Positions 53,301 through 64,000 of a DNA stretch of 64,000 nt are shown here, piece by piece. This DNA is from Trichoplax adhaerens (lineage: Eukaryota > Animalia > Placozoa). The stretch spans positions 1 to 64,000 of the forward strand of contig NW_002060949.1 in NCBI RefSeq assembly GCF_000150275.1, read 5' to 3'. The notes under the pieces are model-generated. The model was not told where the DNA came from. It saw nothing but the letters and a program-made list of their open reading frames with translations, and searched no databases. A program made the position numbers and the translations under genes. Each line of letters opens with the position of its first letter. Within the stretch, counting starts at the first letter, position 1.

Positions 53301-55327
53301 ATAGACTTTTGTAGGCTTGATACAGCATTTCAATTTCTGATTATTAGCATTATCTTTCATACATTTACGCTATTTTCCAGTAGCTTTATCGAGGAAGAAC
53401 ACCAGGTAACATTCTAATTATTATAGAAGAATTTTATGGTTGATTAAGATGAGCATGTCGGTAAATAAACTGTCCAATTTATATCTATCCATAATTACAA
53501 TAGACATGGTATTACATATGCCCGACGTTCTTTGCGATGTTATCACTATCCTTTTTAAGACAGTATTTCTCAGAGACTCGTTGGGGTGAGAATGTTATTG
53601 CTAAAGCATCTTCGAGGACTATTCCTTCCCGAAGTGGAACAAGACGTATCCGCAAGATTGTTAGTAGCTCACACTATGATCAAACTGCCCATTCTGGACC
53701 TGTTTTTCATCAAGATAGGATGGGCATGGCTGCAAATCTAACTAATTTTGAAGACCAAAGACTCCAATCTTTTGTCTCTACCTCCGACTTTGATGACAGT
53801 ACAACTACTGATAAAGTCTCCATTTGGCAAGCGAAGAAGGAAATTCTTTGTTCTACTTGCATTTTGGCCTGCAGCCGTCTTATCAGGTCGTGGAATCGAA
53901 CAGGTGATAAATGGTCCCATCTTCCAGACGTCGGAGACTGGCTAAATTTGTAAGTAATTAGTTTATAGATGTAAATTTTCATGGTACTGCATATAATGCA
54001 ATGAGAATAATTAAAAATGGTCTTAAATTTTGTTATGGAATAGACCCGATAACAAAGTTATTTTATCAATTACTTCCCTCCTGTCTTTATTGGCAATTCA
54101 TATTTTACGCACGACGTGCCATACAAAGTTCGAACAAGTAATTATAGCTTGCGGACTTTTATGCTGTTATGCATATCGAGCAGCACTTGGAACTACTATC
54201 TTACCTATACCTCTATCTAATATGTAAGTAAAAATAGTTTACTGTGTAGTTAGCTTCACAGTGATGCTACTGATACATATTGCAATGTTGCAACTATTAG
54301 GGGTATCATAGAAGCGAGGATAACTTATCTGTGTATACTTACCCTTCTCATTCGGTCATTCATTTTTTGTCGATGTGAGGAACATAGACCTTTTTCTTTG
54401 TAATTTGAATTATCTTACTATGAATTGGAGCGAACCTACTAATTGCTAAGTACTTTACAGGTAAAGTAAAGAAGTTGGACTTGATATTTTCTGGAGTAGT
54501 TTTATTATCGGTGCTGTTAGCGCGATGTCACAATGCGACAATTTTGGCCATGGTATTACTGCAGATATATTTACTCGACAAAGTCATTTGGCCAAAGTAT
54601 ACAATATGTTATAGAACTAAGGATTATTATATAATTTATTCGATGCTACTTTTACTAATATCGACAAAAACATTTTTTTGCAACAGGTTGAGAATTTCTT
54701 CCTTACTCGTAGCCTGTGCTCATTATAGTATTGGGCAAGCATGCTATTTCGCACTTGTTAGTCTACAGTATGATCTAACATTCCTTTTAATAGAACTATA
54801 TATTAAACTAAGCCGAGCTATTGTTTTGTTTAGGGAAATTCTAATAGTTTGGCCACAGTTGATATTTCAGCTGGATTCGTTGGATTAAGAGGGCACAATG
54901 ATATTGCAATGGTAATATTAACGTTTGTCGGTACCTACACTGGTCAACTAATCGGAGCCATGTCCTTTATCATATACAGTTTAAAACAGAGGTTTGCAAC
55001 CTAAATATGCGTGCATTGACTTCGTTAAATATGGACGTATTTATTCGAAGGGCTAATTAGTATCTCTATATGTTTTACTATCTTTACAGCAACAGCTATC
55101 TAAATTTATGGCAATATTGTGGTGTCCTGTTATTGTCCAGATCGCAAATTATTTCCTTCTATTATTTACTCGTTGATGTTATGAGATATCATCCATTTTC
55201 ATGGAGTGTCTTTTTACCCAAGTTAATGTACGAAGGGGCTACCTCAATTGTCTATTGTTTACTGATTACCATTATATTATTTTCGATTGGGAAAGTTCAG
55301 AATTTTGAGTATTCTATTAAAACGTAA
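50384..55327 (+). CDS. PIGG: GPI ethanolamine phosphate transferase 2
   Basis: N-terminal TM (GLFAKGYFP), RLVIMVIDALRADF, PTVTTPRIK|SMTSGSIPGF, FFGDDTWVKLFP, LHYLGLDHIGH (PIGG-type, versus HFLGVDHCGH in PIGO), GDHGMSDTGSHGG, QIDFVPTIS..FG.PIP.NNLG, SSFIEEEHQTWY, WNRTGDKWSHLPD, GNSNSLATVDISAGFVG and MRYHPFSWSVFLPKLMYE. Confidence 0.93.
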
Positions 55328-56884
55328 TTATTACAAACTACTGCAGTCCTTTTTACTATCGAATGATTGACCGCTAGTATTGAAATACCAGCATGCCGTA
55401 TTTCAATAGGCTGTTTAACGGTAAAGAATATCTTGTACTTAACATCATTTTCATGGTCGTCATATTCAAAGCAGATTAAGCTAAGTAAACAAGTTATATA
55501 CGTTATCTTGCAAGAATGAAAGAGAATTTATTAAAATTAGAAAATGTGACTATTCATTTTCTGATTGAACTATAAGTAGCCTGTAATATATATTACTAGT
55601 TACAAACGAGCTATCAGGAGCTGTGATGCGGATTGTAACAAATTTTGTCCGGATACTGTTGCATTTTATGTACTATGATCGTCATCTATTAAATTGTACC
55701 CTAGCGCTGATACTAATACTATTATTTCTATTTTCTACTACCTCAATGACTGCTAGTGAGGCGGGGTTCGTGATATTTTTATGAACGATACCACCCGAAT
55801 CATGAGTCAAAGTAGACAAATAACACTGTGTATGCGCTAAGTCGCGCCGAATGGTTAGGATGTAGAGTTGACGTATAATGTACATTGTGTATGCCAGTCA
55901 CTGCAGTATTTTGGTGAAGATATCATTTCCCCTTTCATTGATAGTGCATAGTCTTACAATTTGTGGCTGTGAGACTCATATTGTATACAATATGTAATAT
56001 GCAGATTAACCCTACTCTGTGACTGACTAGATAGATATTTAAACTTGTTGATTCGTTTAAACGTAACATCGAAATCCTTCTATTTCCTATCTCCGAGACT
56101 ATCGAAGAAATGTAAATGACGGTGTACTGTATTGATTTTCGATTGCTTTCCTAAACTAGAATTTCAATTTCGAAGGTTAACATTATCATTACATTCGTAC
56201 TTGTATTATGCATTAGTGCAGTCTCCATTATTATAAAATTTCTCTTAATTAAGTTGAGAATTTAGAGTTAATTATTTCATCGGATGTACAATTGTACAAT
56301 AAATAAATTTGACATTATACAGTGACGCCTTTTCTCTCTCAATATTATAGTAAGACTATGTGAAACTAAAGTTACGTTCTATCCGAAGCGTATGGATATT
56401 GTATAATATTTCCTGCTAGCGTACAGTACATAAAGAATTATATTTATAGATAGTATGCACTGTAATATGTACGCACACACACAAAATCTTTTTTTTAATA
56501 ATACAAGTACTGTACGTCACTTTATTTCATTTTTGCTTCGTTTTACATGGTTTTTTAGGTGCTTAGCGTGTTTTCAACATGATATATACTTTCAATGTCA
56601 GATACTGCGCAATACAACTTTATACAGTATAAGCAAGTAGAAAATGGAGCATTTATGCCATTCACATTACATATTTTATACACTATGTTATGCTATACTC
56701 TTTTTATGAGTAGCTGCTTCTATCAGGTCCATACTTACGCTCACACATTTCAGATAAGATAGTACAGTATTATTAGCTTTCTGCGTACTATTTTAGATAC
56801 ATTTTCTATACTAATTTGTAGTTCATTGCTTATAACTGTAAAGCGCACACACATCTGTAAAAGTGAGATGCGTAACAGGGACAG

Positions 56885-57116
56885 TATACTCGTATATAGA
56901 TATCGATTATTATATATCAATAATTATATAACGGAAGTTATATTGCTATAATCATTGAATTAATTAATAAATTGGTTAATTCTTAAAAATCGAGGCACAG
57001 TATTATATACTCGTATGTAGATATAGATTATTATATATCAATAATTATAAAAAGGAAGTTACATTGCTATAATCATTGAATTAATTAATAAACTGGTTAA
57101 TTCTTAAAAATCGAGG
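56885..57116. repeat. Tandem duplication, 2 x ~121 bp, near-identical
   Basis: tatactcgtat.tagatat.gattattatatatcaataattata.aa.ggaagtta.attgctataatcattgaattaattaataaa.tggttaattcttaaaaatcgagg occurs at ~56885-56995 and ~57006-57116. Confidence 0.9.
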
Positions 57117-57167
57117 TGCAATATTCCCACGGTATATTGATAGTATCGCCGATTCCCTCACTAGGAG

Positions 57168-57395
57168 CACAGTATACAGTAGAGTACTGTATGCACGAGT
57201 CGGTTACAGACCACAACAGTATAGTATGTCAATATTTGTAACGAATGATAGGAACTGCTTACTGCCAACACAGTGACTAGTTGTACAGTTCTAGGTATTG
57301 TACAGTACAGTGTACAGTACAGGGTGCTACAACCCTACGATACTGTACTGGACTGGACCGGACTGGACGCTGGGTCCTTGCGCACGTGTACTGTA
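57168..57395. repeat. TAC(A/T)GTA / CTGGA repeat cluster upstream of MDN1
   Basis: cagtatacagtagagtactgta ... tgtacagtacagtgtacagtacag ... tactgtactggactggaccggactggac. Confidence 0.75.
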
Positions 57396-57663
57396 GTTAA
57401 ATTACACCAACCAGTTGATGTCCTCTCCGATCAAGATTGGAGTACTTACTTACCTGCAGTTATTCATAGCAATACTCCCTTCATCATTCATTCTGGAAAG
57501 CCGGCTATTTTGCAATTTAGCCTGACATTCCTGTGAATGAGTTAGAAACTGATTGAATTGGTGCATGTGTAAATGGTGTTGCTTTATCGACTGCTGTACT
57601 GATAGCATTCCCGGAGAAATTACGTCATCATATTGGAATTGATTGATTGGAAAGAGAGTCAAG

Positions 57664-60600
57664 ATGGATACAGCTAATTTTTTTATCAACCTCACCAAAT
57701 TATCATCATGGTGTGAGAAGATTGGAGTAGATGAAGATATCATGTTGCCAGTAAGGCAATATGGAAGTAATCTTGTGAGTATCTTGAAATTACCTGTCTG
57801 CTATAGCTTATATTGGATCTTAAAACGAATTTGCACAACTTTGAAGCAGTCACTCATGTAATAGCTTACGGTGTTCTGCTAAATTTTACTCGTTGAACTA
57901 GAAATTAGAGCACTAAGCACAATATAGACCCGTACAGTATGTAAGTACAACGAAGGAACCAAGGCATGTTCCACGAAGTATATATGCTATACAGTACAAT
58001 GTACCTAATAAAGGTATTTTCTATAACGATCACTCTGTTGACGTTTGGCAGAATTGAGGTGCAAAATAAGTAATAAATAGCTAGGTCAAATCTAATACAC
58101 GTTGACCGATCAAGTTATTGCATGCATATTTGCACAGTATCATGTACCCGTACGAGTACCAGTACAACTATGCTTGATTTAAATCCTAAACTAGACAACT
58201 GTACTACTGTATACATATCTAAATCGATTTTGCCATTCAAAGTCATTTATAGTTTAACAACTTGAGACCGCCTGGCTTTTATAGCTTACTAGTAGCTATA
58301 TTTATATAAAATAAAACCTACTATCAACCTTAAAACCGTGTTGTGCACGTTGACTGGATATGCTTGATGGATATCCAATTCAGCAATCGAAATAGTTACT
58401 TCATTGCTGGTCTGATATAAAGCAGAAATTTTCTACGGTAATATAGGTGCTCACTTTAATATACAATATCTAAGATCGATTGCATTTATGCTCAATGTGT
58501 AATTAAGTATTTTAAAGTTATTAGTCTTTTATGCTTTTACTGAATACTACGGCTAAGAAATTGAATGAATATCAACGTCATGCAGCATATACACACATAA
58601 TACGCATATGCTTGATGGTATACGGTCCAGCAGTAAAAGCATTTACTGCGACAGCATAGTATTGTGCTGTATATAGTACAAATTAATGTGATGGGTAGAA
58701 TCGATTTCTGGTTACACACCGTTTGTAGCATTACCTTGCAACTACTGGACATGCTTGAACTCCACGAAATACTCAATCAATTGATTATATACCCGTATGT
58801 AATTATTTATTGAATATATATTGTGGATTCGTGTACCCAATTTCGGGTCAAGTATCGCCACTACTGAAAGTTATCTCAGCTAACGCGCATTTTATCGACA
58901 TTTTAAACTACAAAAACTAATTGAACTTAAAAAAGTTCATTTATTTTGCTCTGCTTTCGTATATTTAGCTCAACAATGAAAATGCTAATAATTGAATGAA
59001 TAAGCTAATACTGTAGAAAATATATATCACATAATTATAATTTTAAGAGTGCTTGATACCATAAAAGACATTCATTGCCACTAGATTGCGAATTATGAGT
59101 AAAATTCCAACTTATATATCATCAGTAATTATAATTGACGCCTTAAATTAAACTTTTTAATTGTATCGGTGTACTAAACCATGGCTTTTTTTGTTCTAGG
59201 ACGTCCAACTTTTACTCGATAAAGTTGCTGATATGTTACTGGACACAAAATTAACTTTACATGTTGCTTCAGCTTTTCGTGCGATTATCCTTGACTTGAT
59301 CGAAAGATGTAATCGGCGTTGCCCTAAGTCGCAAGAATTCAATTGGCTATGGCATCAGCATTTTTCTTATTGCCTGAGTCGAATTTTACCACAGACTCCA
59401 CGTATTCTTCCGTAAGCTATTAATACTGTACAGAGACATATTACTTACAATATGGATGATTATGTCATAACAACTTCAGTCTAAAATCCTTCAGTACTGT
59501 ACTAAGATAAAATAATATTACATACACACACGATTAGACTACTTTGTGGTTATGATGATGTGTTCAATGCTACATTATTCATTTCAGATTTGTTGTAAAA
59601 TATCTAAAATCGAATCCACCTTTTTTTTATCAACTTTGTGAAAATAATAAGGTAAATTGTTAAGATCAGCTTAATTATCTAAAAAATTATATGTATGTAC
59701 GTATATAATGATATTGCATCTATGTGATCTACCGTAATGTTTTTCTAACTATTTTTAACCCTTATTATGCATTCTTGTAAATATCAACGCATTAGATGGA
59801 TGATGAAGAATGTTGCATCATAGCGGAGACAGCATTTAGGTTATACAAATCTTACATTGGTTATTACTGAAAAGAATCAAAATTCATTCATGTCAATATA
59901 ATTCTTTATTGGAACATTTTTATATAGACTTCTTCGATATTCGAGAGAAACTTTTGTACACTTTTACGATTGGTCCAAGTTTTTGCAACTTATCGATCAT
60001 CCATGTTCAGACTTAAGATGGTATGTACGATTTTTGTGCGGCAACAGTCCTTAATGGGCCCAAATGTATATTTCTATACAACTTAATGTTCGATGTATGG
60101 GAAATATTAACTGAATTAGCATTCGCATTGATAAATGTTCTTTCTAAGATATATTTCGATATGATAATGCAATGAAATGTTACGGTATGCCGTAAATCTT
60201 ATATTTTTAACTCTTTAATATTGGTTATAAGGTTAATTGCCCAATGTTATGCTATAACAACCAAATTAAATAATGGCGCCTGCCGCAAATTTGTGAGCTC
60301 ATTGGTGCCATCCGAAATTGATGATCGTCTCACTTTAAGGTACGTTCATATATTTTTATGGCTGTCACTGACATGTACATAAACTGAATTCAACCGACAT
60401 CAATGTGCAACTGTTTTATTATAATTTCCTATGTGGAAATATTTTATTCAGTTCTCATTATAATACTAAAATTTCGTTTCATTTTTAGATTTCTCTATTG
60501 TGTGCCGTTCGAAAAAGAACTTTCGATGATTGATATAGTACTTGAAAAAGAAAGAGATTCAGAAAATAGTGTTGAAAATTTTTTGGAAATACCATCATCC

Positions 60601-63600
60601 TCTTTGGTAGATACTGTAGTTAACGTTTGCGGAGTTCTTTTACCAATCTGCTCAGCGAAAAGTAATGAGGTAAACGATAATACTAATTTACCTTATCAAT
60701 TAACTATTCATCGTATGGGTGATATGGCTTGTCATAAGTGAACATGGTATTTGCTTACATTAGGAAATATTCCAAACCAATCGTACAGTGCTCGTTGATA
60801 CAACATCTCGAGTATTACAAATATTGGCATTAGCTATTTCTTCTGGTTCATCAATTTTACTTGAAGGTTACGTAGGATCTGGTAAGACCATGATCATCGA
60901 ATATTTAGCAAAAGTGACAGGACGCATAGGCCCACCCAATTTTATCAAAGTCCAAATGAGCGATCAAATGGATAGTAAAGTAAGAACTCATAAAATAGTC
61001 TTTTAGCATTGTAATTTTGTCAACTCCTGGACGCGTATATATTAAATTTTTTGATCCGGGATTGCGACTGTAATATGTATATGTTGCGTATCATAAAGTC
61101 TCTATTAGGTGCGTATTGTTGTACTAACGTACCTGGAGAATTTGTATGGAGGCCCGGTGCTTTAACTCGTGTAAGCATATAATGCCTTATCGTCTTTAAT
61201 CTGTCAGCTTCTGTTAAGGCTTAGGGTAACATCATGCTTGATAGCGTTAACTAGATGCTATAAAAATTAAAGACAGTTTCCTTTTTCAGGCGGTGCAAGA
61301 AGGATATTGGCTTCTCTTAGAAGATATTGATTGTGCTCCAATGGATGTTGTAAGCTTTCGGTTCAAGTTGAAATATTTCTCTTAACATAGAGTAGCTGTT
61401 TTAATTTAATCGATTTTTATTGCCTTATTCTATCAAAGATTTCGATTCTGCTTCCATTGCTTGAGACCGGCCGCTTAACTATTTTAGAACAAAATGCAGT
61501 AATTAGAGTACATCCTGACTTTCGACTCTTTGCGACATACAGGTTAGCATAGATATGTCACGGCTAATTGAAAGGTTACTGGGATTGGCTTAATTGTTTT
61601 ATACTATATAGATTGCCACTAGATGAGAAAGAAGGTTACACCCCGAATATGTACAGCGAATTTACATTACTCTGTTTGTACTTGACAAGAGTCCATCTGC
61701 CAAGTTTAACTGATATTGAGTTAATGAAGGTATATATCGTGTGTATAGAATAACATTTCGATTATAGAATGTATCTTTATTCATGTCTCTCGTTAGGTAT
61801 GCACCGCTTTTGAATGTAAAAATACTCTTACGTTATTGCTGCTTAAGGTGGCTACCATCCGATTTCCTAATATAACCACCATCCTTAAGAAGATTCTAGA
61901 GGTTTACGAAATACTAAGAGAGGAAAAACGCAATCTAAGTGGTAGTTATTTCTGCGGTAGTACACGATTATTATCTACGAGGTATATGTGCATTTTTAAA
62001 ATGAACGAATTTGAGATTGCTGCACCCTATGTTATTGTTAAATGGAAGAAATGCAGAGGTTTTGCAATAACTCATAGACTTATTCTATCCTATATGTAGA
62101 GATTTCATGAAATGTTGCAATCGAATAGCATCAGCTATACAATCTTATTCTTGGTCCGGCATTGAAGCTGTTGAAATTTTTCAGGAGGTGTGCAAACAAA
62201 TTCGCCAAAAATAGTTTATTCTCCAGTTATAATTCTACTTTTTCGGTAGGTGTACGACTGCTTCTGTTCTGCTGTCGCTGCACGCGACGAAAGGTTGCTG
62301 ATATTGCATACGATTGGAGGAAAATTCGGATTATCAAAAGATAAAGTACGCTACACAGTTCGATACTTGGACACAATACAGCTATAGCATTCTTTGTATT
62401 TCGTCATTTAAAAGTTAATAAGAATATTAATATTTTAAATGTTATAGGTAGAATACATATTCCGTAAATATAAACCGCAAATACAAAGTAATTCGGACTC
62501 AATAACTATCGGTAATACTATTATTGGCAAAGTTAGAAGCAAGCGTAATTTGTTATCATGGTAAGTTAGCACTTACTAAGCTATGGAACCTCATTAGGAA
62601 AATAGTAAATTTTTGGTAGATTGGCATCTTTAATGGCTATTGTTGGCTAAGATCTTTTAATTCGATGTAATACGTTGTAGGAATGATGTTAACATTAAAA
62701 GATTTTCATTTACAAGACAAGCATGCATTCTGTTGGAACGTATTACAAAGTGCATTAAACTGCAGGAACCAGTTCTTCTAGTTGGTGAGACTGGTACTGG
62801 TAAAACAAGTACTATTCAATTTCTAGCTCGAGAATTAGGTAAGATCATTAGTGCTTCTACTAATTGTGTAGGCTCACAGTAAGTAATTTTGTATATATTC
62901 GTTGCTATTAAACCCTTAGGTCACAAATTAACTGTCATTAATATGAGTCAGCAAAGTGATACCGTTGATTTATTAGGCGGGTAGGTCTACAGTTACTTTA
63001 TTGTATAATATGATTGAATTATGCCATTATGATAAATTAATGATTTAATTTCAAATTAGATTTAAGCCTGCCGAATTAAGATATGTAATTACCCCATTCC
63101 GTCAAAAGTTTGAGACCTTATTTTGCCAAACCTTCTCAAAGAAGCAGAATATAAAATTTCTTGGCCATATTCAAGTGAGTTGCTATCATTGAGCCTTCCA
63201 ACTAACGCTGTTAATCATAAGACAACTATGTAAAATTTTATCTTAGGAATCATTTAGACGCCAAGAATGGAATGCAATTTTAAAACTTTGCGAACACGCT
63301 ATAGTTTCTGCTATAACAAAATTAGGTATATTATAATTAAGCAGTATGTAGGGATTTCCCAATGATTAAATGTAATGTGCTATACATCATTAATCTAGCA
63401 GATACTAGCCATAAAGATACTTTAAGAAGTAATTGGGTCGAACTAAAAAGCGAAATAGATACACTGAAAAAGCAGATTAAATTCGTTGAAAGTGCGCTGC
63501 TATTCTCCTTTAAAGAAGTAGGTCGAAAAAGATGTATGCTTAATTAATTTATTTCCGGGCCATTAATTTCCTAAACTGATTGATTTTATTGTAGGGCGCC

Positions 63601-64000
63601 TTAACAGAAGCCTTAAAAAATGGTGAATGGATATTATTAGATGAAATTAACTTGGCTTCATCTGAAACGCTAGAGTGCTTAAATAGCATATTGGAAAGCA
63701 AATTTGGTTCTATTGCTTTGACAGAGAAAGGAGATATAATGCCTGTCCTGAGACAAGAAGGATTTCATTTATTTGCTTGTATGAATCCCGCTAACGATAT
63801 TGGTAAAAAGGACATCCCTACTGGTATTAGGAACAGATTCACAGAAGTATTTGTTGATGAGTTATTACACGAGAATGACCTAAAGATATTAGTTACAGAT
63901 TATATGGAAGGTTTAGCGCTATCTGGCTTACAAATTGATGGTATAATAAAGTTTTATCTGCAAGCTAGAAAATTATCGGAAGTTTCTTTAAGTGATGGAA
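57664..64000 (+). CDS. MDN1: Midasin (Rea1) AAA-ATPase, 5' part (N-terminal domain, AAA1, AAA2); continues beyond right edge
   Basis: Many short exons: LLDTKLTLHVASAFRAIILDLIER; AAA1 Walker A LEGYVGSGKT, DQMDSK.LLGAYCCTNVPGEFVWRPGALT, Walker B WLLLEDID, HPDFRLFAT; AAA2 EPVLLVGETGTGKTS, NMSQQSDTVDLLGGFKP, WILLDEINLA, FACMNPANDIGKKDIPTGIRNRFTE. The first exon (57664-57750) is less certain. Confidence 0.94.

Overview
This is AT-rich, intron-dense eukaryotic (animal) genomic DNA. Its composition, compact ~100-bp introns and gene set suggest an early-branching metazoan, most plausibly a placozoan such as Trichoplax (inference, not proven). Genes reconstructed by hand from splice sites, in order: (1) the 5' part of a secreted or membrane EGF-repeat/SRCR protein on the minus strand, running off the left end; (2) MPDZ/MUPP1 (L27 + 13 PDZ), with only 6 exons and a long His/Asp/Glu/Tyr-rich insert; (3) a 14-exon patatin-like phospholipase resembling the bacterial ExoU/VipD-like class, with a polybasic/Cys-cluster insert; (4) a decayed Harbinger-like MADF-domain element next to a structured hairpin region; (5) NASP, containing a U12-type intron; (6) TOE1 on the minus strand; (7) PIGG, head-to-head with TOE1; (8) the 5' part of MDN1/midasin, running off the right end. 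The most notable unexplained signal is a quasi-palindromic TAC(A/T)GTA / (TACTG)n repeat that clusters at the 5' ends of the housekeeping-type genes. Also notable are an orphan antisense signal-peptide exon inside the EGF gene and the NASP-TOE1 adjacency, which mirrors their linkage on human 1p34.1.
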